Assembly: GCF_009914755.1 (NCBI RefSeq)
Contig: NC_060930.1
DNA length: 64,000 nt
DNA from: the human T2T-CHM13v2.0 reference genome, Homo sapiens
Strand: one strand, 5' to 3'
A program made the position numbers and the translations under genes. Positions 51,393-64,000 of the stretch are shown here, one piece after another (position 1 is the stretch's first letter; each line of letters starts with the position of its first letter). Under the pieces are notes generated by a model, which did no database searches, was not told the DNA's origin, and was given only the letters and a program-made list of their open reading frames with translations.

Positions 51393-52341
51393 GAGTGGAT
51401 GGGGTAATAAAGTAACACTTTAAACTTCCATGGTGTGGTAACTCAAGAGTAAACTCAAGGTGATGATAAAAATATTTATTCTCAAAATGTCCAAATTTAC
51501 AAAGTAGCTCTTTATAGGTTCTAATTAATTCCTGTCTCATGAAGAAAAAAAGGCATGTTCAATTCAGAAATAGAGCAGCTTCAATTCAGAGAAACGAAGG
51601 TGACTCTACCAAGTCACTGCTGCCTACCGCTCCCACCCCGGGCTCATCTGACTCCCCTGCAGACAGTCCTCAGATGAATGCTGACACTATTGTGAAATTC
51701 TGCTAATTATACAAGTCACTTTTGAAATATTCATTTGGATTACTTTACAGAGATGGATATTAATGGCTTGCTGCTTTGAAAAAAAAGAAAATATTTTCTT
51801 TGATCTTGGAAAGTTGGGTCCTATACTTTGGTAAACGAAAATGGATTGGAGAGAAAGAAGTCTGAGCATTTCCTATTCATCCAAGTAATTATGGTAAAGT
51901 GAATTTTCTTGATTTTGGTGGTTAGATTTAAAGATACAGAGTGAGCAGTTGTAATCATCCTTTCAGGATTCATTCTGAAAATCACATTAGACCACAGATG
52001 TCTCAATCTGACCAACTCGATATGGTTCCACTCTCAAAAGTTATATCAAGAAATGCGGAATCATTACAACAAACAAAATTCAAGAAGTCCTTAGGCACTG
52101 GAATAGAACATATTGAATAAAAACTGACACTAGTCACACATTAAAGAATCAGGGATATTTAGTAGTGACTTAATGAAGAATGGAAGTCGATTGTTATTTG
52201 GAGCTTAAAAGCACTAATAACAGCATGATTCTCCGATTTCAATATGCAAAGATATCATCACTTTTGGAGTGTCCGCTAACAGTGAAGATTCCTGGGTTCT
52301 ACTTTCTGGATATTCTCATTCAGTAGATATAGAATGAGACC

Positions 52342-53021
52342 TATATTAATTATCTATTGCTGCATAACAAACAATCCCAAAACCTAGTAGTATAAAGCAA
52401 CAGACATTTATTGTCTCACACAATTTCTGAGGTCAGAAATCTAGATTTGACTTGGGACGCTGGGTCAGGTTTAATATCTCTCAGATGGTTACAAGTAAGC
52501 TGTCAGCTTGAGTTTTATCATTGGAAAAATTGAACGGAGCTGGAGGAGATGTTTAAACATAAGATATCTTACATATTTGGCTGTTGGCAGATGGCCTCAG
52601 ACCTCATTCATTGTTGCCAGAAGACCTTAGTGCCTGGCCACATGGACTTTTCTGTAGGGCTTCTGTGTAGGACAACTTAGTCACTTAGCCTCTCTGTCTC
52701 TTAGATGACACACCAAAGTAAGTCAGGATCTTCCTCTGTCACTTGCCTCTCATCTTGGTTGCTTAGCCTCTCTGTCTCTTAGATGACTCACCAAAGTGAT
52801 GCATTCTACCAGGGTTTGTCTGTATGGCCAAAGTGAGTCATCCAAGAGACAGAGAGGCTAAGAGACCAAGATGGAAGTTGTCATGTCCTTTACATTCTAT
52901 TCTCAAAAGTGACCTACCATCACTTCTGCCATATTCTGTTAGTCATATAGACAAACCCTAGCAGAATGGGAGGCAGAATTTCACAAGAATGGGAATACCG
53001 TCATGGAGACTAATTTCTACA
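52342..53021 (-). mobile_element. MLT1F/G-type MaLR LTR carrying a complex templated insertion
   Basis: 'tatattaattatctattgctgcataacaaac...cccaaaacctagt' and 'ccatcacttctgccatattctgttagtca'. Confidence 0.8.
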
Positions 53022-53030
53022 GGTTCCAAG

Positions 53031-53682
53031 TGTGGCAAGCCAGGTCTCACTAATGCAGATCTCCATAACAACTGTTTCAGCACTGACTAAGTGGTAAATA
53101 AATATTAAAAGCTGAAAGAGGCAGTGCTCTTATACAAAGCCTTGGGAGGTAACGAAAGCCCAGCAAGAGTTTTTCCTAGGCCTTTCCTGGGCATTGAAGC
53201 ATGAGAAGATAACAAAGGAAATCTTAACAGGACCCATTTAGGATTAAACAAGTTTTATTGGGGGTCTGAAGAAACTCCCCAGGCCTCCACAAACAAGTTT
53301 ATTGGTGGAAGGAACTCCCCAAATCTCCATGATTTAGCAGGAAAAAAGATAAGGGTAACACTCCAGCATGTGGATCCATTTAGATTAAGTAAATTTACCA
53401 AGGCTCCAGAGGAAGGTGTTCAGGACTCAGATCTTAGTTATAGCTTAAAATAAGTTAATTACTTATGTCTTTAGTTGAATGCACACTTGCATGTAGACAT
53501 ATAGCTTTGAAGGCATATAAGCTCTGGAAAACTTTATACTTTTGAGTTGGTCTGGTGATAATTTCCAGTTCTTCTCCCTGTAATGAGCTACAGAAATAAA
53601 CTCCCTTCTCTTCTAGTTCATCTGTATTTTATTATTGGGCTGTAAAAATGAGCAGCCTGACCCTCAGTTTGGTCTGGGAACA
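53031..53682 (+). mobile_element. MER4-group ERV1 solo LTR (MER51E-like)
   Basis: tgtggcaagccaggtctcac...ggtctgggaaca with TATA-like 'catataag' and AATAAA. Perfect 4-bp TSD CAAG at 53027-53030 and 53683-53686. Confidence 0.85.
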
Positions 53683-55288
53683 CAAGCACACTTTGATAAG
53701 AAAGTACCTCTGAGAATTCATTTGCATGTGGCCTGTAGACCATAGTTTGAGTTGGGGAAAAAAGGTCTACAGGGCATACTAGTTTAGTAAAAAGTGTATA
53801 ATTCATTCATCTATCCATAAATCAACAAATATACATGATTTTCTGAAATTATTCATAGGAATTGTTGTTTATCATTGGGATATAGAGTCTTTGAACTGTA
53901 GCTGAACACGCTCCTGAGAGTCTGACAAAGGGATGACACTGAGGCTGATAGAAACTCCTACCTGGAAACTGAATCATCCTTAACAAGGAAAGCAATGACT
54001 TGATAACTGCCTGAAAGAGTGACAACTTTTAAGCCAGAATTTGTGAGTGTTGCCAATAAGAGGGCTGCTAGTCATCAGAAAGTGTAGTCACTCATACAGA
54101 AGCCCTTCTAGAGAAGGTAAAGTAGAAAAGAACCCAACGAGATTTGCTGAAGTTATGGCTGCCAGATAAGGCACAGCTCCCCAGCATTTTCCAACTAATG
54201 AAACCCATACCAGTTAAAGAGAAGGAAGAAACTTCCCGAGTTGGCAAGAAAGGGGGTTCCAGAGCAATTGCAAAAACACCCACTAGGTCTGTGGTAACGA
54301 ATAGAGGGGGGAATTTAGCCCATCCGATAAAAGCTGGCTTGTCAGAGACAGGGAGCTGGCAGCCTTCCTAAGTCTCTAGAGCAGAATTTAAGTTCAAGAT
54401 TTTGTATTTCACTTGGTTTAAACCTGTATGCCGGCAGTTGGTGATCCCTTCAAACCTTTCGTGTAAAGCATTGATAACAGGGATTAGAAGCTCTAGTCTA
54501 ACAGAGAGATGGAGAGAATGAGTCTTTAGCTTCTGCTAAAAAGACACCAGCTCAAAAGTATATAACTTTTCAATGTAAACAGGCTGGTAAGGGGAATGTT
54601 CCGGTAGTTTATACTTCAACCAATGAAAACTCCCTCAACTACATGCATATCAGCACCAAATTAATGACAACAAGAAAAGAATCATCAATAGTCTTAGAAT
54701 TTTTATTTCAGCTTCAGGTTTACTACAGAATATCAAGCAACCAGGATGCTGGAGATCTTTTCCAACACCCCCAAACTCAGGCCCTGAAAGACACAGGGCC
54801 CTGGTAACATAGTACAGAAAAATGGGGGCAATCCCCAGAAGACCATGCCTGCAGTTGTTTCAGATAAATCTTCACATCACCTTAGGGTGGTTGTTGAGGA
54901 CTTAACTGAAACGACAATGGGCCCATGCCAAGGTTGAAGGATTAGCAAATAAAAGAATCTTAAAACCTCTAGCTGAGGGGATCAAAGCCTTTTCCTTTGG
55001 AGAACTAATAATAGACTTTGAGATTTATTTGAGCTAAAGCTAGTTAATATGCAATTAAATGGGAGAATATATACCAAATTCAAGGGTAGTAGAAAAATTT
55101 ATATTTGCCCCATGAGTACTGAGGCTTCATCCTGAGAGTCCAAGCTAGTGCCAGGGAAAGGAAAGAAGCTAGGAACTTGTATAAATCTGTAGTACAGCAA
55201 TGAAGACAGAAAATGTAAGCTTCTTTGAAATATGTGATGGATGACTAAATATCAGAGGTTAATAAATATTTCCCCAAATCATGTACTA

Positions 55289-55645
<357 letters not shown>

Positions 55646-56039
55646 TCACAATGAGGGATCAGAAAATTGTGTAAAGCATGCATTGCTCAGAGATTTGAAA
55701 GTGTATGATTAAATAGTTCTTAATCTTGGCCCACAAATTGCGTAGGTGAAAAAGAGACCTTTTACACTATCGTAAGTGTTGTTAGCTGAGTGACAATAAT
55801 AGTTAATACACCATGCTGTAAAATTTCACTGGTGGTAATGATTCTCCATCTTCCCCACCAACCAAGGAGATCTTCCATATGGTATTCTAAAGTAGTTGCC
55901 TTTGCTCACCTTTCTAGTGCTTTGATTTTTCATACGAATTTCTCATATCTGAAATTATGGGGACAAATTAAGTTTGAAAGTTTTCAACGCTGCTCCCACC
56001 CCTGGACTTCTGATAATATTCTTTTTTCCATTATCTCTA

Positions 56040-56835
56040 AAAACAGAAACTCAAAAATATACCAACTGACAACTGAAAGGAAGCTTGATGTCATAATTCA
56101 CAACCATGCTTCGCATCATTAAATCCCATTCTTCTCATCTGCTCATCCATTTGTTATCTGACCAGGTATCATGTTGGGCAACCTGGTTTCCAAAAAAAAG
56201 GTAATTTTATCTTTAGAAATTTCACACACTGAAGCAAAATTAGTTTTCCTAAAACTCTTCAACACTGGTTTTTTTCTTGAAATTATATATAAGATAAACT
56301 TTCATATATTTCATTTTAATGTTAGAAATCACATTTTCATTGCATCTTCATTTTTCCAACCTTAACATTTGTAATTCCTTCAATTAATTGATTTTTAACT
56401 ATTTTCTAAATCTGATTAATCTACTCTTGTGTTGCAAGCTTTCTGTTTTAACCTTAATGTTTAAGCACTCAGAACTGAAGGCAGATTTTCCAGGTGGAAA
56501 CTGGCAACCATTGATTAGAGAGGGATTCTTACTTCCCTAATTGAAATAACCTACTTCTGAGTTTATAAGCTTTGCTGACACCATACAAGGCATATTGTCT
56601 TACAAATCCCCCAAATCTGTCTTTAAAATGAGCTCTTCCTCACCTGCTTAATGTTTGTGTTTTTTTAGCAGCATGTGTTTTTTTAGCACATGTGTATGTG
56701 TTACCAGGATATTTTCTGATATAGCCATTACTCAAATATTTCAAAACTTTTTTTTAATTCTTGATTCTGTCTTCAATTCTGTCATCTGTTCTTCCTAGTT
56801 TTCTGCCTCGTAAATGTGATGAGTATCCCTTCTCT
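56040..56835 (-). mobile_element. Highly decayed CR1/L3 fragments
   Basis: 'cactcagaactgaaggcagattttccagg' and 'ttcttgattctgtcttc...cttcctagttttctgcctcgtaaatgtgatgag' parallel the 35.7-36.4 kb CR1. Confidence 0.5.
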
Positions 56836-56924
56836 ATTGGGCTTTACTGAAACATTTCCTAGGGCTTGGAGGCTTTCAGCATTGATCTTTAATTTAACTA
56901 TATTTCTCTAATAAACTAAACATA

Positions 56925-57330
56925 CTAGTATCTTGTTTATTGAATCCTCTCAACTGTCTGTGAGAAACACATTATTATTTCATTTTTATGGGAGAGAAAA
57001 TAGAGTTAGAAGAGTGATATGTCTGTTCACAACAGTGATGTGGTGAAGCCAGCTGCTATGGGATCATGCCAGCCGGTTGTCCACATTTCTTCTCAATTCT
57101 ACATACAGTGATATCTCTTTAATAGCTTGAAATTGGCCATGATAGAATTTATACAGTAAGAACAGAAAACACTTAAAGCTCCCCCCCGCAACCCCCAGCC
57201 ACCATAAAGAGCCCGTTGTTAGACATTTAGCAGCCCATCACTGGTCCAATGACACACTGTTGGTAAGAAACAAAACCAGGTCTTAATGTCTTCCTTCATA
57301 GTTCAATATTCAGGCCCTTTCCATATTATA
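56925..57330 (-). mobile_element. MIR interrupted by MER63
   Basis: 'aatcctctcaactgtctgtgag...attattattttcattttta...gagaaaatagag' resumes after 57243. Confidence 0.6.
57033..57243 (+). mobile_element. MER63 (hAT-Blackjack)
   Basis: TIRs cagtgatgtg...cccatcactg. Body 'agcttgaaattggccatg' and 'gagcccgttgttagacatttagcagc'. Confidence 0.75.
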
Positions 57331-60214
57331 CAATATTTCTGAAATCAGATTTTTAAGTAAAGGACAGAAACAACCAATATTGTGGGGAGCTGGGTTTGCC
57401 GAGGTACTACTAAAATAGAAGATTTAGAAGAACAAAGATAAAGAAAGCCACTAGATTAAAAAATCTCACCCATTTCATATCTTACTCTTTTTGAAAAAAT
57501 TGAAGGACCACTATATTGCTCATCATTTTCTATTCATCATCAACTAATAGTCTTGAAATACTTTTCTATTTATTTGTTAACCTGATTTTTCATAAAATAT
57601 ATTTTATTAGCATTAATATGTTAATATTAAACATATTTCCATACACACACTTGTGCTCATTGAATATCAATTTATTTTGTAAAACCAACACTGAATACAA
57701 ATAGTTCTTCTTTGTTTCTCTTTGATTAATTCAGAACTAAATTAAATTTGTCAACCTCCAAAAAGTAACAAAGATTTACCCAGTGGAAAATAAAGCAGAA
57801 AATTCTTAGAATCAATTGACATTGTATGAAAAGTATTGACACTGACTCTTTTGGACAAGGTGTTCTCCATGGTATGTCTTATAGAAGTGAAAATGTGTCA
57901 TGAGACACTACAAAGAGGTGTTTTACATGCTGGGAAGAAATTCTGACAAGTAAAACTTTTTTAGGGTAATCATAGCTCTAATTTTCTAACTCGACAACAG
58001 AGAGTCTACATTTTGTAAAGCCTGGGGAGAGAGGGACTAAAAAATACAACTCTTTCTTCTTGTTGTCTTAAAAAATATATATCTTCCAGGGGAAAAAAGT
58101 AGTTTTCACCTTTGAATGCCTATGTCCTCCTTCCTCTCTCAACTCTTTTCTGTGCTGTGGAGTTATTCTCCATTTGACAGATATCAGCCATATGACAATA
58201 CTGTTTTTGTAGCAACGTGCAATCTTTCTTTTTACTGGAGAGGCCCAGTAGGCACAATTTTGGACTTGTTATTAAAGGAAAGCTAAAGTCCCCCAAAGAT
58301 TTTCAAGACATTTCAAGCCAGAATGTGGTATTTTAAAGAATTCCCAGTTCCCATAATTGAATGCATGTGGCATAGCAAGAGAAAGAACATTTCAGCAAAT
58401 AAAATAATTAATACAAATTAATACAATTTATTCTGGACAGTCTCACAGGATACATATAAATTTTATGCATAATTTTATAGACAATAAAACTGTTCAAACT
58501 ATTTAAAACTCAGCTTTAAGACCAATGACCCAAGAAAGAGAGTAAAACAGGGAAGGCATTTGAAAGGGAAGAAGGCATCCCATTAATATTCATCTTGTAT
58601 TTAAATTGGGCACAGTTTTCATCATTGGGAATATGTGCCCTACTGTTATAGTTTCTTGGGATGCTTGATCAAATCATTAGTAAAACTCAGTCAGATTTCC
58701 ACATGAAATAGAAATAATCCTCTCTTCAAAACAAGTTATTAAATCTTGAATGCACATTGCATATATGCTATCAATAGTGCACAAAATCTTTAATTATGAT
58801 TATGAGTATCTCATAAATATTGGAAGATGAGTAAACTAGTTATGCTCATCACATGCAGAATCACCTTCTCTGATCATTTAAGTTTGAATATAACTTATCA
58901 CACAGCAACATTTTAAAGTTAGAATTTTTTAAAGTGAAAGGAAGTAAACATCCAATTTTGACATCAATAACAATATACAGATTTATATGACTCACCTGAG
59001 TGTTTAAAATAGAATTTATATTTAAAAGAGGTTTTCATAATAATGGTCTTTATTCATCAACTCTGTATCAAAACTGGCTGATTTATGCGCATGTGTCCTC
59101 AAATGTAGACATCAGTACTAGTCTCTATAAGAAAGTTTTACATTAGTGTTTGTTAGCATGACAACAATATGCCACCAAGTTAAGAATAAATGAAAAATAA
59201 TAGCATTTTAAAACTGACAAAAATATTGATATGATATTGCATAATATTATATTGAGATAATAGTTCCTACACTTTTTAATTTCATTTCACATTTTTGTAC
59301 AAACCTGTAACTTACTATGATTATGGGAAATTATTTAGGGTTGAGGCCAGGGAAACTGTAAACCAAATTTTTCATCTTAGAATTCTGTTATAAAGGAATT
59401 ATCTAAACCATATATTTCTGGGAGTGGTAGGGTGAGCAGAGATGCAAGTAAAAATATGCTGGTGCAAACAATTCTTTCTACTCTCTATACCAACCAGCCT
59501 TACTTTCCCTTAGTGGAAAAAGGAACAGAGAAATCTGTTTGTGTACATCTGTAGGTTTTTAAAGTCACTGCCAACCCAATTCAACTCAACTGCTGTTTTT
59601 TGCAAGCAATGCTTAAAAGTGGAAAAGGCAAAGAACCTTGAATCTGTTAATAATGTTTTTGTTTTAAAAAGACCCTGGCCAACTACTTGTCAGCAGCAAA
59701 AATTAGAAACCTCTAGGATCATATAAGTTTTCAAATATGCAAGCTTAAATTCACATTTTTTTTAGAAAAGAAGATCACTTGGTATTAAAATGTTGCAAGT
59801 TTTTAGGTTTTGATGATTTGTTTGTAGTTTTTCTTTTCTGTTTGTTTGTTTTTTTCTCTATTTGGTTGGTTGGTTCTATAGGTTTTTTGTTTGTCTGTTT
59901 GTTTTCTAGCTTGTTTTTCATTTAAGCCTTTTCCTCTTCAATACTTATTTATTCTGAAATACTATTTAAATTTAAACACAGTAATAAATATTACTACCCA
60001 TCTTTTTACTCCCTAAATATATGCAAGAACAAGAAAGAAAAAACTAGAAGGAAGAAAATGGAAAACCATTCTCACTGGAATCTAAAGCGACTAAATTATT
60101 TTTATCTGAAGATTAATGAAGAGGACACTAACTTGGTACAGGTAGTTTAGCTGCAAATGACAAGAGAGGTTTCTCATCTTTGAGGGAGCAGGGTTTTCAA
60201 GTTAACATCAGAAA

Positions 60215-60350
60215 ATCTTGTTTTCTACTCTGTTCTTCCATTGACTTGTTTGATCTTGAGAGAATAACTTATTCTCTATGGGCCTCAGTTTTCTAAACTA
60301 CAAAATAAAGGGAGCACATAATTTCTAAAGTCTTTCTGCTCTCAAATTCA
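60215..60350 (+). mobile_element. MIR3-like fragment
   Basis: 'gatcttgagagaataacttattctctatgggcctcagttttctaaactacaaaataaaggg'. Confidence 0.6.
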
Positions 60351-60959
60351 GTGGGTTTTTTTAATAATTTATTATATACTAGTTGCTGAGAGTATGTAAA
60401 GATGAGTCCAATGTTGTTTGTTTGCCCCAGGATCCCCTCACCATCTTCCAAGGGAGATGTATCAGATATACATAAATATGTGACCTTTATTTTGGTGTGA
60501 GCATATCTTTAAATATGAATAAATAGTTACCAAGGGACACGACTGGCTTAGATTCATTCTGTTAATTTTTTTTTTTTTTTTTGCCCTTTTAGGAAGCACT
60601 GAGAAGGGTTGTGGTAAATGACAAGTGTGCTACTTCTTTAAAACAGAAATGTATAGCCACTTGTTATCACCATGGTTATTGATTGGCCATTTGTTTGGAA
60701 AATGATGAGAAAGATTGCCTGTGAGTGGATGAGAAACAAGTGATAACATCCTTTTAACATTTTAAAGAAAGGGACCCTGAAGCAGCGTAGAAGAACTCTG
60801 AATGTGCAGTCACTTTCCTAAGGGGTATACTTTATTGGATTAAATAAGTTAATGACTCTCATCTCCTGCTTCCATAAATATAAGCATCATAGAAAAAAAT
60901 TTGTTTCATGAGTAATACCAGAAATATTTCTCTCATCTAGTGTGTCACCTAATTTTTTA

Positions 60960-62170
60960 TTTTCAAATCTGTTTTGATTTATTAAAATTAAATAGCATTA
61001 TTATCATAAAATCAACATAGACTCAAAAGACACTTAGGAAACAAATATATAAAGAGAAAAATAAAGATCACTATATCTCATCATCTAGTAATTCCTCAAC
61101 AATTTACTGCATTTTGTCTCAATATTATATTCTACGTATATATTTTTCTAAAATTGGCACTACTCAGTCAGTATATATAGTTTTGAATACGTTTTCACTG
61201 TAAACTTTATCATATACTTTTTTTACAATATCAGCAAACATGTATAATTGTTGTATAACATTGTGTAATGTATATGTGTAGTACTATGTCTGTGCCAGTT
61301 CTCCTCTTTTTGGATAAATATAGTTGTTTCACATTTGGGGATTTTACCAATGCACTGGACAATAATCAATAAAGTTTCTGGCAAAAAACGAAAACAAAAA
61401 TTATTTTTCTTGCAAAAGTGCAATCAAGACATTCAAAGAAGTTCAAAATCTCTTTGTGAGGACAGAAACCAAAATAAAGAGAGAAAGTTATCATCAGAAT
61501 CTGGGTGTAGTAGTTATGAGGAAATGACAAAATATGCAACAGTCAGAATGACAATGAACAAATAAAGCTCCTTAAACAAAAATGGTAACCTGTGGGAGGA
61601 GAAAGCAGTGGGCACATGCTGCTAAGGATGAGACAAGATGATGGCTTTTGAAGAACTTCAGCATGTCTCAAATGACCATCCCTACCCCCTTCATTCTAAA
61701 CCAAATACCACTTGGGTTTAGGCCTGGCCTGGGAAAGTCTGTTTTCTTCTTTTAATCTCATGGCTTTACAACAAGCCCCTAATGCCTGAAGGTAAACTTG
61801 TATCTGTTCCTTAAAAGAGCCTAAGTTATATACACTGCTAACATAAAACTTGAGTATGTATTCTTGCCTAATATGAGATTGTATCCTTTGGATGTTTCTG
61901 GAAGTAGAATATACTGGTCAAAGCATAAGAATATGCTTAAGGCTCTTGCAAAATGCTAAACTACCCTCCAGAAATAATTTACTAGTATGTGCTATGTAAA
62001 ACAGTGTATGAAGAGACAATTTTATCATTTTATATAATAACTTAAAACATATTTGCCAAATTGAAAGTCTCAAAATAGTCTCACTGTAATATTATTATAA
62101 TTTTTTTTTTTGCTTACAAGAGAGGCTAAGCCTTTTTAATGTTTTTTGGCTATTTGCCTTTCTTTTGCTG
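60960..62170 (-). mobile_element. Ancient L1ME/L1MC fragments (60960-61385 and 61845-62170)
   Basis: 'tagttgtttcacatttgggg' and 'gaagtagaatatactggtcaaagcataag...ctaccctccagaaa'. Confidence 0.55.
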
Positions 62171-62697
62171 TGAAATCTTACTTGCTACTTGTCCAGACTC
62201 AATTATCGCTTATTCTTAACTAGTGATAGAATTATTTTCCTCTGACAGAATCAACAAGATCATATTTGAAACTTTAAGTGTTTGTTCTTGAGGATTGTCA
62301 TATGTATGATAGATTTATTTTCTCTCTTTGCTTTTATCTGAATAGTTTTGGGGATAGAGAAAAGCATGAATCAGTCTGTTATCATGGATTTGATCCCCAA
62401 GTGAACTAATTAGTGTCTTCATGTTCTATGGCCACTTAATGCACTTATTTTCAGGTCAGTTCATTATAACAGTACCAGGGGAGGGAGAGAGGATGATTTA
62501 ATGCAAATCCTTCTTCACAGATAAAAGAGAAGAAGCAGAGCATTTCTAGCTGGTGTAAAGGTGAGGGTCCTAGAGCCCTGCTTGGTCTCCCCTTTGCTTT
62601 CCTCCATATTTGCCTCTATGGTGTCTCTGTGAAATCTTAAGTTTTCAAGAATCACAATATAAAAACCAGTATGAAGTTACACTATTTATAAAAGATG

Positions 62698-62740
<43 letters not shown>

Positions 62741-62766
62741 CACACATATATATATATATGTATATG
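62698..62766. repeat. (TC)n(TA)n compound microsatellite
   Basis: ctctctc...tatatata...cacaca...tatata. Confidence 0.92.
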
Positions 62767-63822
62767 TGAGGCTCCAAAATATAAAGAAAGGTAGTAATAC
62801 CTGTTCAACACTCACTATATTATCGCTGCTTTGATTAGAGAGAAAAACATATAAGAAAGTTTTTTGCAAACTAAAAGACTCACATATACGATGAATATTT
62901 CAGAAAAAAAACAGTAATATTCATAATGTTCTTTTCATTCTGGTGCATTTTGAGTAAAAAGGGAAAGGCAATAAGAATCAACAACAATTACCTAAACTGC
63001 CTAATGTAAGTATGACATATGGCCACTTTCCAATTTGACTATGTCCACTCATTCTGTGCTGTTTTACATTATAGGAAAGAGAATCAAGCATTCTCAAAAA
63101 AAAAAAAAAAATGCCAATTTTCTCCATTACTAAAATGCAAGTTTATTGGCTAAGTAAGTTATTTACATTGATGGAATAGCAATATAGCTATGCTCAAAAT
63201 GACTTCCAACCTTAAGAGATCATGGATTTTGAATATGATGTGATAAGTGACTCTTTTTAAGAAGCAGGCAAGCCCTAGCAAAATAACAAAGCATTGTCTC
63301 TTCAACAACTCCCTGTTCTCTGTTGTTTCTCTCTCCTTTCCTCAACTCCCTCCCCATTTCTGTGCCTTTTGGGTTTTTGAGCCTCTGCTATGGTGTACAG
63401 TCAGGTGTGGTTTCAAGGGCAAGGCCTGAAGATACAGTTCTTTCTTAACTTATATATACACATCTAAGTCCTTACAACTTCCTCTCTTGAGAATATAGAA
63501 AATAGTACTTAGCTAGCTCAACTCAAAAACTGGATCAATTTGCTAATCAAAAAAATCATAAAAATTATTGTGTCATCTCATCAAGGTATTATTCCTTTAT
63601 TCATTTATGTAATAAACACTTATTGATTCTCTTTCATATTAGATAAATCAAATAAAATGAGGTGAGAGAGACTGACAAAGAGAACAGTATGTGCCAGCCG
63701 CAGAAACAGAGATCAAAATTTGCTTTCAAATTAAAGTGGTTCTGGATAGTGACTTCAGCTTCTAGTCATGATGGAGTAACCAAGGATTTACTGCCCTACC
63801 TTCAACCATTAAGAACTAGATG

Positions 63823-63937
63823 GGCTGGGCGCAGTGGCTCACGCCTGTAACCCAGCACTTTGGGAGGCCGAGGCGGGCAGATCACGAGGTCAACAGATCA
63901 AGGCCATTCTGGCTAACACGGTGAAACCCCGTCTCTA

Positions 63938-63972
<35 letters not shown>

Positions 63973-64000
63973 ACAAAAATTAGCTGGGCGTGGTGGCGAG
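63823..64000 (+). mobile_element. AluY-like SINE (cut by window end) with expanded middle A tract
   Basis: CpG-rich left monomer with 'ctggctaacacggtgaaacc'. 31 A at 63940-63970. Confidence 0.9.

Noticed and set aside
51961-52119. Acceptor-like tttcag followed by two open frames (IHSENHIRPQ... / FILKITLDHR...)
   Set aside because: The pyrimidine tract is weak, I see no donor or partner exons, and the peptides are not recognisable.

Overview
This window is AT-rich primate (human-like) non-coding genomic DNA. I find no credible protein-coding gene, RNA gene or CRISPR array. The ORFs that resemble known proteins are decayed retroelement frames (L1 ORF1/ORF2, THE1 internal, CR1 RT); the rest look like chance ORFs. 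Roughly half of the window is recognisable interspersed repeat: L1PA/L1M/L1ME LINEs, L2, CR1/L3, MIR, AluJ/S/Y, a complete THE1B provirus, solo LTRs (MLT1, THE1D/MST, MER31, MER51E-like, ERVL) and DNA transposons (MER1B, MER82, MER5, MER63, MER102). The most interesting signals are structural: (1) an L1 whose twin-priming inversion junction was copied again, in inverted orientation, 1.4 kb downstream; (2) a fold-back/serial template-switch scar inside an MLT1 LTR; (3) an L1 internal deletion that fuses ORF1 in frame to ORF2 and removes the endonuclease; (4) a dense cluster of TCAAGG (NR5A/ESRR-type) motifs in unique DNA at 23.8-25.1 kb; (5) a THE1B provirus that keeps its DUX4-type motif only in the 5' LTR; (6) a ~10 kb nested transposon stack. 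I see no evidence of a new multi-gene biological system. Subfamily names come from my recollection of consensus sequences and need RepeatMasker/Dfam confirmation.
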